64,000 nt of DNA from a virus (taxonomy: Duplodnaviria > Caudoviricetes). The DNA lies in the IMG/VR virus record IMGVR_UViG_3300050151_000071, positions 11,923 through 75,922 of that record. One strand, given 5' to 3'. Under the pieces are notes generated by a model that ran no database searches, was not told where the DNA came from, and was given only the letters and a program-made list of their open reading frames with translations. Of this stretch, positions 7,912-16,365 are shown piece by piece. Position 1 is the stretch's first letter, and the number at the start of each line of letters is the position of its first letter. Position numbers and translations under genes: made by a program.

Positions 7912-8554
7912 TTCGTATTTCCGTAGAAGAAATATTAACATTCCCAGGTAGGAATATTATATTTGGGTTGCTGCTCAAGAAATGATACCGATTATAGGTG
8001 GGCGTTTGATCCCTACCTGATACGATACACTTCCCGTGGTCTCGGAAACTCAAAGCAAAGTTTGCTCGGTCCCCGCCACACACAAAGTACGGAGTGTGGC
8101 CTCTGTTACTTAGCTCTGCGTATAGCCTGGTGAAGTTTCGAGAACATCCATCAGGCATTTTATTTTCATCCACAACCATATATTCCAGGTTGGGGATTTC
8201 TTTCAGTTGTTTTTGGAGCTGTGAACCTTGGTATAAAGTCAGAGCATCACAAACTCCCTTACTTTCTCTGTAAGAGTTATGATCAGCATGAATTATAACA
8301 AGAATTTCATCTGAAGTCAACAGTCGAATATATTTCGCTGCATTCATGATTGCTGCTAGATGACCTTCATGAAACGGATAGAAAGCTCCAGAATACTGAA
8401 GAACAATCAAGTTGGGATGATAGTAGGGTAGAGGGAAATGCTCAGTATATGTGCTGATGAATGGCTTATCTTCATCGAAGTATCCAGCAATACGAGCGTA
8501 TTCTTCTCCATAACGATCAACAATGCGCTTATACCATGGATCAGTTATAGCCAT
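7874..8554 (-). CDS. HxGH nucleotidyltransferase (NadD/NMNAT-like adenylyltransferase)
   Basis: SGAFYPFHEGH, FVCGGD and ISSTEIR motifs. Confidence 0.8.
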   Translation of the reverse strand: MAITDPWYKRIVDRYGEEYARIAGYFDEDKPFISTYTEHFPLPYYHPNLIVLQYSGAFYPFHEGHLAAIMNAAKYIRLLTSDEILVIIHADHNSYRESKGVCDALTLYQGSQLQKQLKEIPNLEYMVVDENKMPDGCSRNFTRLYAELSNRGHTPYFVCGGDRANFALSFRDHGKCIVSGRDQTPTYNRYHFLSSNPNIIFLPGNVNISSTEIRNENRNPRSVLYP

Positions 8555-9365
8555 AAGCTATATCTCCTCTGATAATATAACGGTGTTGTTTACCAAAATA
8601 TTCTTCAACCTGGTGACATTTCCAATGAGGAAAGATCAACAGAGCTCCACCATATGGTTGAACACGACTAGCAATTTCATCTCTACGGGCCATATAAGTC
8701 CAATCCTTCAGGTGACCTTCTGGTCTATCCTGAGGGTGAACATATCCCGTTTGAGTGCGATATTCACCTTTCCAGCCAGACCACTCATCATGAACGAATT
8801 GGAACGATCCACCATCATATGGGCGTATGGTGTTGAGAAACAGCACCCAAGAATATAAGGTAATGTATCGTTCTTTTTCGTTGTGGAAAGGAGCATCATA
8901 ATGTGGTGTATGTTGACCGCCTCTGGAATAGCGCATAAAGCGCATCCACGGAGTAGATCCTATCAGGTGATAATTCCGGTTGCAGTCGAATGGGGTATCG
9001 ATGTGAATTCCACCACGACCAGTGCCCCAATGTAGAGTTCGGCCATCACCACGAAGAACGCCAGGAACGAGACCGTCAAACGCTGGGTTTAGTTTTCTCG
9101 CTAACTCAGGTGCCCAAGCGTTAGTTCTGAAAGAACCAGGCTTGGATGCAGCATCAGCGTAACCATCAACACCAACAGCATGTTTTTCTTGTTTTTCGAA
9201 CTCGGTGATGAGGTGTTTGCAGTCTTCATCACGAAGAATAACAGATGGACTCCATGCACCTATCATACCTTTTTCAACTTCAAGGACATTTTGGCTAGGT
9301 ATGTTGGGATTCCACAGAGGCTGCTTGGATCCTTCAGGACCTGCATAGATATCAACGTTATACAT
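8541..9365 (-). CDS. 2OG-Fe(II) oxygenase (prolyl-hydroxylase-like)
   Basis: RFMRY...HYD (HxD), VLFLN, GGSF, CHQV, RYIIR; start overlaps the nadE stop (ATGTATAA). Confidence 0.88.
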   Translation of the reverse strand: MYNVDIYAGPEGSKQPLWNPNIPSQNVLEVEKGMIGAWSPSVILRDEDCKHLITEFEKQEKHAVGVDGYADAASKPGSFRTNAWAPELARKLNPAFDGLVPGVLRGDGRTLHWGTGRGGIHIDTPFDCNRNYHLIGSTPWMRFMRYSRGGQHTPHYDAPFHNEKERYITLYSWVLFLNTIRPYDGGSFQFVHDEWSGWKGEYRTQTGYVHPQDRPEGHLKDWTYMARRDEIASRVQPYGGALLIFPHWKCHQVEEYFGKQHRYIIRGDIAYGYN

Positions 9366-10155
9366 TGGCGGCCTCAAGAATCTTATCGTAGGATTTCTGA
9401 CGGAATTGTTCCAGCTTATCACTGATGTGGAAACCAGGAAACGGGAGCTTATACTTGAAAGCGTTCCGACGAATGTTGTCTTTCACCTTTTCAGGGTTGT
9501 CGCAAGCTCTGAAAGCCATTTCAACTGCACCAACTGTGCTACCATATTCAGCATGACGACCAACTTGTTCGATCTGAGCGTAGGTGGCTCCAATCATTTC
9601 ATAGTCGTTCGTATGAACTGTGACTAGATCACCAGACGGTACAGCATCGATGATGCTCTGTGGAATGTTGAGATCTTTAGCTAAGCTGTACACTTCAGAT
9701 TTGTACAGATGGCTGATGGGATAGAAGTCTTGAGCACCATCCGAGGCTTTACCCCAGAATCCCAAGAACGCAGCTTCACTGAAGTTAGCTGTTCCGACTA
9801 CTATCGGTCGTTGATTGTTACAGTTGAGTTCAGCTGACACACCATAAAACGCTGCATTTCTTAGTATCGGTAGTGCAGCTTCATAGCCTGGACCAGGAGG
9901 AAATGGGTTATCGATGTTGACGTGAATATGGCCAATATCGAACGCTTTAGCAAATGTGAAGGCTCCTTCATCTCCACCATAAGGAGAAGAGAATGTTTGA
10001 CCACCCTGATCAACACTTACAATCATTACAGGAATCTCGGCGGTACGTAGTAAGGCTGCTGTAACAGCAGAATCAATTCCACCAGAGAATCCAACTACAG
10101 CCACGTTGAGATTGCGGTCTTGAAACCACTTCGCACATTCTTCAACAAGATCCAT
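9358..10155 (-). CDS. nadE: NH3-dependent NAD+ synthetase
   Basis: PP-loop SGGIDSAV, GTANFSE, GFWGKASDG, PISHLYKSEV, AVPSGDL; no glutaminase domain. Confidence 0.9.
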   Translation of the reverse strand: MDLVEECAKWFQDRNLNVAVVGFSGGIDSAVTAALLRTAEIPVMIVSVDQGGQTFSSPYGGDEGAFTFAKAFDIGHIHVNIDNPFPPGPGYEAALPILRNAAFYGVSAELNCNNQRPIVVGTANFSEAAFLGFWGKASDGAQDFYPISHLYKSEVYSLAKDLNIPQSIIDAVPSGDLVTVHTNDYEMIGATYAQIEQVGRHAEYGSTVGAVEMAFRACDNPEKVKDNIRRNAFKYKLPFPGFHISDKLEQFRQKSYDKILEAANV

Positions 10156-10216
10156 CGGAGTTCTCCTTTGATTGAATCTTAGCTCAAAAACTCGCAATCG
10201 ACAAGGGTTCTTTTAT

Positions 10217-10223
10217 CTAAATA
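10217..10223 (+). promoter_or_regulatory. T4-type late promoter variant CTAAATA
   Basis: Same heptamer lies upstream of many virion and lysis genes in this window; resembles T4 TATAAATA. Confidence 0.6.
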
Positions 10224-10254
10224 AATGTAAAACACAACAGGAGTCTTTTACCAC

Positions 10255-12222
10255 ATGCCTTTATGGTCTAAGTCGCAAAAGCCAAAATATCTAACAACGT
10301 CACAACTTACAAACGTTAATGCTACTACTGCAGGGTGGGTATACAATCACCCAAACGGTTTTCAAGAACTATTGGTAGCAATGAGTGGAGTAACGCCAAC
10401 AATTGATACAGTAACACCTACTTCAGTATTCTTGAAAGAAGGTGGTGCGCCTGGACGTATTATTGCTACTTTAAGTACAAGTGGTGGTGTGGGACCTTAT
10501 ACCTACACGTTAGTTGATGGCTTAACAAACAGATATGATGTTGTTAGTGATAAGTTAGTTTCCGGCACAGCTGTTGCTAGTGCTGGTACTCATGCTCCAA
10601 TTATACGCGTCACGGATGCTATTGGAGCAACAAAGGATGTAACTCTGAGCATAGTACGAACAGCAGACACTGCTCGTAGATTTTCGTGTTTGGGTATGCG
10701 TGCTCCTAACAAAATCGGTACCGCTGCTGCTGGTCGTATTAAGTGGGGAGTTCGTACATATTTTAAAACGCCACCTTATTGGACTAAAGCATGGAAGTTT
10801 GCGTTCACAGATTACTACGTCCTAGAATCAGGATCAACGAACGAAACTGCTATACCCAACAACTTCACAATTGAAGCTGTTGCTATGAAAGTTGGCTCAA
10901 CCGTTTATAATGCTGCAACCGCTATTGGTGGCGGTATCACTGTAATTCCAGCTAACGCTACTGGCGGCGTCGTTGTGGCTCTTGATGACACAACTAGTTG
11001 GATTGCACCGAACACAGACTTCTTCGTCGATTATGCTTTCGCTATTCCAGATGGGGGTCAATATGTTGGTTTTTATGAACCAAAAAATACATCTTCGCCT
11101 ATCCCCAAAGGGGAGTTTATGCGATATGATACAGCAACTTCATTCGCTGCAGCTGTTAATGCAGGAACATTTGTGTCAGGATCACCGTCAGGCGCATTTA
11201 ACTCTGTTTATTCAGGTCCAGCGTGGGCATCTGCTATCGGAGGAGACGGTCGTCCGGTTTTCCTAGGTATTGGTCCATCAGGTCAACACGGTACACCAGG
11301 CGTCACTCGAACGTTTGATACTCAAGGAGTTATGGGTAACGTTGAACCAGCTCTACAACAAATGGGTATGATGTGGGCTTGTACTGCTGTTCGTGGATCT
11401 AAAGCGCAGAATATTATAACAACACCAACCGATTTTAATCGTCGCGGTGCGTTAATAGATCAAGACGAAAACGTTGATGGTACACCACTGTTTGATTGGA
11501 TTATTGCAGATAACCCAAGTGGTAACGATATTGGTGCAATCTCGCCAAACACTTTAGCTGGTTGGCGAGCCGCAGCTAGTACATTTTTCGGTATTATTAC
11601 TGGACGACGGTCGGGCGGCTGGAATAAACCAATTCTTCTATTCGACATGATCGCACGGACGACAACAACCGACAGTTACGGTACACTGGGTAACCAAACC
11701 TACTACGACAGCAATAGCACATACCCAACTGGGATTCGGCACTTAGTTAACGCTGATCTCGCGGCAACCAAACTGAATAGCCTTGCAACAAAGGTAGCGC
11801 TGACTAATGGTGCATTCAGTGATGGTACTGATCCAGGTAAAGTAACAGTTAGTAATAATACATACATTTTAGCTAACAACGTGTTAGCTGCAGCTAACAC
11901 GTTGTATTTGTCGTCGGCTCCTGAAGTAGGTATGGCTTTAGCCGTAGGCAGTAGTACGTCAGCGCGAATCCGTTTAGTGTCCAAAGTCACAACGATTGGG
12001 GCTAACAATTATCAAGTTGATACTTTGAACTTGGATAGTAGCGGTATTTATCCTGCAGCTAATACCGGCGACGTCGTTAGAGAAACATATTCAGCTGATG
12101 GTAACCCAAGCACAACTGGATCACTACATACCAGTCACTACACCAACGTAAACCGAATAGCTCCTGTTGTAAACGTTGAACTTAGTTCAATCTGGGCAGC
12201 TAACAGCTACTACGCAAGCTAA
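10255..12222 (+). CDS. Putative virion protein: MPLW-type N-terminal module, cadherin/Ig-like domain, SGNH-like C-terminal domain
   Basis: N-terminus matches 44450..44992; TLSTSGG...YTYTLV...IRVTD; GPS, GNDIG and DG...LH motifs; late promoter. Confidence 0.6.
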   Translation: MPLWSKSQKPKYLTTSQLTNVNATTAGWVYNHPNGFQELLVAMSGVTPTIDTVTPTSVFLKEGGAPGRIIATLSTSGGVGPYTYTLVDGLTNRYDVVSDKLVSGTAVASAGTHAPIIRVTDAIGATKDVTLSIVRTADTARRFSCLGMRAPNKIGTAAAGRIKWGVRTYFKTPPYWTKAWKFAFTDYYVLESGSTNETAIPNNFTIEAVAMKVGSTVYNAATAIGGGITVIPANATGGVVVALDDTTSWIAPNTDFFVDYAFAIPDGGQYVGFYEPKNTSSPIPKGEFMRYDTATSFAAAVNAGTFVSGSPSGAFNSVYSGPAWASAIGGDGRPVFLGIGPSGQHGTPGVTRTFDTQGVMGNVEPALQQMGMMWACTAVRGSKAQNIITTPTDFNRRGALIDQDENVDGTPLFDWIIADNPSGNDIGAISPNTLAGWRAAASTFFGIITGRRSGGWNKPILLFDMIARTTTTDSYGTLGNQTYYDSNSTYPTGIRHLVNADLAATKLNSLATKVALTNGAFSDGTDPGKVTVSNNTYILANNVLAAANTLYLSSAPEVGMALAVGSSTSARIRLVSKVTTIGANNYQVDTLNLDSSGIYPAANTGDVVRETYSADGNPSTTGSLHTSHYTNVNRIAPVVNVELSSIWAANSYYAS

Positions 12223-12614
12223 GAATTAAACAAATCATCAAGAGAGGGGGAAGTAGTAGCTTCCCCCTTTTCTAATTCCCGAACTTCCACTAACCCCGAC
12301 TCATTGAGCCATTGAGCTACCAACTGTCTGTGACAGAAATCTGTTGGCTTCTCATAGCACAACAAAACATCTCCATCTTTTAGATCAGCTACAACTTTAG
12401 CAGAATCCAACGTAGATAGATGCTCTTTGAAGATCTTCGTATATCCTTGAACATCCACATCTCCAGCTTTATAAGCCTTAACTAAATCCCACGTGGGAGC
12501 TAGTGGAGGATAATGACCAATGTTGGGATAGAATCTGGGACGTTGGACACTAATAGAAACGGCTTGCACATGCTTGCCGTTTCTTCCGTAGTATGATGTG
12601 TAGAGCTTCTTCAT
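12219..12614 (-). CDS. DUF488-family protein
   Basis: LYTSYY, LAPTW, LLCYEKP..FCHR. Confidence 0.8.
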   Translation of the reverse strand: MKKLYTSYYGRNGKHVQAVSISVQRPRFYPNIGHYPPLAPTWDLVKAYKAGDVDVQGYTKIFKEHLSTLDSAKVVADLKDGDVLLCYEKPTDFCHRQLVAQWLNESGLVEVRELEKGEATTSPSLDDLFNS

Positions 12615-12775
12615 TTGAGCTCCTCAGCCAACTCTTCCAGGATACTCAATTCGTGCTTCAACTTGGAAATCCGTTGCTTTATGTCTCTGCGAGCTGAAAA
12701 CTTGTATTCTTCTGGGCGTTTAGCGTAGTGAAAGGCCAAAGAATCCCAATATCGGGCTCGTACCTCATTCTTCAT
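12611..12775 (-). CDS. Hypothetical protein (54 aa)
   Basis: MKNEVRARYWDSLAF...ELK*, overlapping both neighbours; not in the ORF track. Confidence 0.55.
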   Translation of the reverse strand: MKNEVRARYWDSLAFHYAKRPEEYKFSARRDIKQRISKLKHELSILEELAEELK

Positions 12776-12977
12776 CGCTATAAAGTTCTTCCACGTCTAA
12801 AACCTCAAAAGAGGCCCCAATAGCTTTAGCTGTTCTTTCGAAGACTGAAGCTGCAGCTTCCATTCCGGAGGAAGCATGTTCGTCGTAGTTGGTCGAACCA
12901 ACATCTACGCCATTAACAAAATAGCGTTCGCCATTTTCACGGTCGAACGCTCGTTTAATTAGAAATACGTGTGTCAT
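12765..12977 (-). CDS. Hypothetical protein
   Basis: 70-aa ORF with AAGGA RBS. Confidence 0.65.
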   Translation of the reverse strand: MTHVFLIKRAFDRENGERYFVNGVDVGSTNYDEHASSGMEAAASVFERTAKAIGASFEVLDVEELYSDEE

Positions 12978-12993
12978 TGTATTATCCTTTAAT

Positions 12994-13102
12994 TAACCTC
13001 AGCAGTGAGACTTACACTCACATCGCGTCTTCGTAGGAACGCATCTTAAATCTACTCGCGTTTGCAATCATGAAGCAGATCTAATTAGAAGATACTGAGT
13101 TA
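12994..13102 (-). ncRNA. tRNA-mimic RNA, copy A
   Basis: Closing stem CTCAGTA/TGCTGAG; 3' hairpin GTGAG-TGTAAGT-CTCAC; homologous to 13251..13353. Confidence 0.6.
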
Positions 13103-13133
13103 AAACAGAGCCTAGGAACCTCTGCTTCGAAAT

Positions 13134-13249
13134 TGGAGCCGGCTCTGGGACTCGAACCCAGATCTGTTCCACCAAAGGAACCGTTTTGCGTTCATCCGAA
13201 GTGGTGCACCACTTTAATGGACTAGGCTTTCGTCTTAAACTAAACCGAC
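13134..13249 (-). ncRNA. tRNA-like RNA with ~50-nt D-loop and 6-nt anticodon loop
   Basis: Acceptor GTCGGTT/AGCCGGC + T + CCA; T-arm CTGGG-TTCGAGT-CCCAG; D-stem GTTT/AAAC; anticodon arm GTTCC-TTTGGT-GGAAC. Confidence 0.75.
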
Positions 13250-13250
13250 A

Positions 13251-13353
13251 TAGTACCAGCGGTGAGACTTTACTCACATTCCCGATCAAGGATCTTATCT
13301 AACACTTGAGGGGTTGCGAAACCAAAGCATCAGATTATTAGAAGACACTAGTA
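13251..13353 (-). ncRNA. tRNA-mimic RNA, copy B
   Basis: Closing stem TACTAGTG/CGCTGGTA; 3' hairpin GTGAG-TAAAGT-CTCAC; shares TCTTCTAAT and ATGTGAG with copy A. Confidence 0.6.
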
Positions 13354-13356
13354 GAT

Positions 13357-13432
13357 TGGAGTCAAGGGTAGGATTTGAACCTACGTTTCCCGATGGGGGC
13401 AAAGGGTGTCCTAAACACTAGACGACCTCGAC
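13357..13432 (-). tRNA. tRNA with degenerate anticodon arm (possibly Gly-CCC; pseudo-tRNA)
   Basis: Good acceptor (GTCGAGG/CCTTGAC, T73, CCA), D-arm and T-arm; the 18-nt anticodon arm pairs only CCC/GGG. Confidence 0.7.
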
Positions 13433-13481
13433 AAACTGTTGATTCTTTATCCTATGTTCAGGATTTTTAATCAACAAGAAT

Positions 13482-15731
13482 TTACGGGTGGAATCCGATT
13501 TTATTTCGCTCAATCCCAGCAAGCTTATCTGTAGCTTCATCTTCGAGTTGTTGGAGCCATTCATCTGGGGTCAACTTCTTGTCTAAGATGTTGGCTTGAC
13601 GCTTGACTGTAGCAAAGTCCCCAGGAGCGAGATACTTAATTTTTTCCAGTTTGTTCCGGATACGATCAAGTTCTTCTTGAGGAAGACCTTCACCCTCAAG
13701 CATTTGGCTTTCGTTGCACAGCATTTCCCAGCGTTGATCATCTTTGAGAGCTAGGAATTCAAGCTTGAAGGTGAACCGCCGAAGGGCAGCAGCATCAATA
13801 TCTCTGAACAAGTTGGTTGCGCAGATAAAGATACCGTTGAACGATTCGATCTGTTGAAGCAACTCGTTAACTTGAGTCACGTTCCATTCAGCTCGAGCCA
13901 TCTGACGATCTCGTAGGAATGAATCAGCTTCATCGAGGAACAGAATAGCTCCCTCAGCTTTGGCTTCTTGGAACATCGCAGCGATGTTCTTTTCATTCTC
14001 ACCAACGTACTTACCAAGAATATCCGATGCACGCTTCTTTAGCAGAGGCATGTCCAGTTCTTTGGCCATGTATTCGACGAGCTGGGTTTTACCAGCTCCC
14101 GGAATACCATACAAGCACATTGTACCAGCTGGGCGCTTCTTGAGAGCTTTGATGATCTCGTCAGGCGTTAGAGCTCCACGAACGTTAACGTAATCCAGAG
14201 AATACTTTGTGACACTATCACGAAGTTCTTCCATCGCTTCACGACCAAGGACACGTTGACTTTGAAGAACGACGTGTTTGAGGACATCCTGGGATTCAAC
14301 TCGATCGTCTGTGATCAATGCTGTAATCGCTACACCCGACTTAACCTGACGTTCAGTTAACAGATGATACTTAGAGAGATGCTCTTCTACGTCAGGATCC
14401 AAGTCGAGAGTAGACAAGACGTTCTTGACTTGCTCCAAGCGAGTCGCTCTCGATGCTGGCTTTACTTCCGCATGAAAGAGGAACCGACCAACGGTATCTT
14501 CTTTGATATATCTCGGATTGTTGGTGATCCAGAATGTTGGAACACCGTTCTCAGACAGCAGAATTTCATCTGCCTCAATATCATCGCCAGTATTTTCATT
14601 TGCCTCAGCAAATCCGAACATGCTGGCAAACGATCTAGCCACACTAGAAAGCACATCGTCAGCCTGCTCAACAATCAGAATTGGAGACTTGGTATCTGTC
14701 TGATTGTACACTTCTTGAAGGAACCGTTGAGCAAGGAATGCTCGAGGGCCGAGATCACTGCGATTGACGCGCTTCGTCCTCAAGACGAAGATGTTCGCTT
14801 CATCTTTGAACGAAGAATAAATCGTACCCTTCTTGTCAACCGCTGAGTCGCCGTAGAACAGAACATTGACACCTGTTATAGTGTCTTCGTCTTCTTGATT
14901 TTTGACATCAACAGCTGCCATAAGCCGCTTAATGATCGACAAATCTGTGGTAGCAATTGTACCAATTGAACCAGAACCACTCATCTTCGGCTTCATTGGC
15001 TTTACGATCTGTGGGAACATAGACTGTTCGCCTTGAGGTACAGCAAAGAACAACGATGCAATATCCCTTGACATCGGTGGGAAAATACCGTGGTTGTAGT
15101 TGATCTTGACTAGACCAGACTTAACCAGAACCGAATCACTCGAAAGCTCGTCACCGTTGAAGAGAATGGTGAGAATACGTTTCGTGGTTTCTTTCCACAT
15201 CGCTACTCGAGCGAACAAACGATCATAGAAGATTTGGAAATCGGGACAGGCTGAGCGAAGGACTTGGAACTCAAGAACGTCGATTTCAACTTCCGTCAGT
15301 CCTAGTAGAGCTGATACACTATCGATGTTATATTCGATAGTGTTCATACCCTTAGTATATTCATCCAGGGCATCTTTTTCTACTGTGCTCAGGAACTTCT
15401 TCCATTCATCCCAACCTTTTGCAGCATAATCAGCGTGCATTGAAGTTCCGGTATGGATGTTCATGATCAGTTGGGCAGTGACTTTGTCTTCGCCGTACAA
15501 TCTCGTTAAGTTCTTTTGAACCTCACGGAGCTCTGTGCGCAACTCATGACTAGATGGAATATCCTTAGTTGGGATTTGCTCCCGGAAGAAAGGAGCTAAC
15601 GCTGCGTAAGCCATCCCAAACAAGACTTCATCAGTTGTAACGACTGATCCGATTACATTATCTTGAAGAAGCCTTATAGTGTGCTTCGCAAGCTTCGCTC
15701 CTGGGTTTACTTGTTCCAGTGCCGGGTTCAT
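13482..15731 (-). CDS. AAA+ ATPase (one intact C-terminal module, one degenerate module)
   Basis: GIPGAGKT, LFLDEADS, ICATN, ALRRF; degenerate first P-loop FYGDSAVDKK. Confidence 0.85.
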   Translation of the reverse strand: MNPALEQVNPGAKLAKHTIRLLQDNVIGSVVTTDEVLFGMAYAALAPFFREQIPTKDIPSSHELRTELREVQKNLTRLYGEDKVTAQLIMNIHTGTSMHADYAAKGWDEWKKFLSTVEKDALDEYTKGMNTIEYNIDSVSALLGLTEVEIDVLEFQVLRSACPDFQIFYDRLFARVAMWKETTKRILTILFNGDELSSDSVLVKSGLVKINYNHGIFPPMSRDIASLFFAVPQGEQSMFPQIVKPMKPKMSGSGSIGTIATTDLSIIKRLMAAVDVKNQEDEDTITGVNVLFYGDSAVDKKGTIYSSFKDEANIFVLRTKRVNRSDLGPRAFLAQRFLQEVYNQTDTKSPILIVEQADDVLSSVARSFASMFGFAEANENTGDDIEADEILLSENGVPTFWITNNPRYIKEDTVGRFLFHAEVKPASRATRLEQVKNVLSTLDLDPDVEEHLSKYHLLTERQVKSGVAITALITDDRVESQDVLKHVVLQSQRVLGREAMEELRDSVTKYSLDYVNVRGALTPDEIIKALKKRPAGTMCLYGIPGAGKTQLVEYMAKELDMPLLKKRASDILGKYVGENEKNIAAMFQEAKAEGAILFLDEADSFLRDRQMARAEWNVTQVNELLQQIESFNGIFICATNLFRDIDAAALRRFTFKLEFLALKDDQRWEMLCNESQMLEGEGLPQEELDRIRNKLEKIKYLAPGDFATVKRQANILDKKLTPDEWLQQLEDEATDKLAGIERNKIGFHP

Positions 15732-15754
15732 GAAGGTCCTATCATAATGAAAAT

Positions 15755-15832
15755 TGGAAGTGGGAGAGGGAGTCGAACCCGTCAGTCTCGCAGTTATGAG
15801 CCGCGCGCTTTCACCAATTAAGCTATCCCACC
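15755..15832 (-). tRNA. tRNA with CAT anticodon (Met or Ile2)
   Basis: Cloverleaf; CGCGG-CTCATAA-CTGCG; TTCGACT; CCA. Confidence 0.88.
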
Positions 15833-15881
15833 ACTAAGTGTGCTGATTTTGTATTTAGCCACATCTGGCCGCAACAAACGA

Positions 15882-15910
15882 ATTATCCGCATTAATGGAA
15901 AAGAAAGCAA
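15882..15910 (-). promoter_or_regulatory. Sigma70-like promoter
   Basis: TTGCTT-17 nt-GATAAT, with the same CGGATAATTCGT context as 42712. Confidence 0.5.
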
Positions 15911-15913
15911 CAG

Positions 15914-16360
15914 TTAAAAATGGTGAAGATCAACTTTTCCATCAGGCCAAAACGTGTAAATCTTTTTGTGCTTCTTTCTCGCATAACGAGTAGCAGCCCA
16001 GGTTCCGCTTCTTAGTTCTTCGTGCATCTCTTTAGGACACGAGAACAAAATTGGAGCAGCGTCGACTAAATGACGGTTTCTTGTTAGATAGTCGTATTCG
16101 GCGTGAATTATGTCTGCATCTTTACATAACGCCCTGTATTTATTGAGGATTGGAGGATGAATTTCGACATGCCATCCAAGCTCTTTTGCGATATCATGCA
16201 TCTCTGCATCGGCTCCAATACAATCACCGTGGTGTAAAGACATCCGACTGTTGGGACAGAGCTTGGTGATAGCTACGGAAGCGCGGAAAAGGCTGCCTCT
16301 CTGAGGAGAGGTCAGCCCTTCTTTAGTTCCGGTTACTGCTATTGGTTGCAAAAGTAACAT
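15914..16360 (-). CDS. SLOG-superfamily (DprA/Smf-like) protein
   Basis: IAVTGT, HHGDCIGAD, LTRNRHLVD, RSGTWAATRYARK. Confidence 0.75.
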   Translation of the reverse strand: MLLLQPIAVTGTKEGLTSPQRGSLFRASVAITKLCPNSRMSLHHGDCIGADAEMHDIAKELGWHVEIHPPILNKYRALCKDADIIHAEYDYLTRNRHLVDAAPILFSCPKEMHEELRSGTWAATRYARKKHKKIYTFWPDGKVDLHHF

Positions 16361-16365
16361 GTATT

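Noticed and set aside
7354-10197. Known NARP1 or NARP2 system
   Set aside because: No PRPP-synthetase-like Adps or Nampt/Namat-size protein is recognisable; the composition differs, so it is reported as a candidate new pathway
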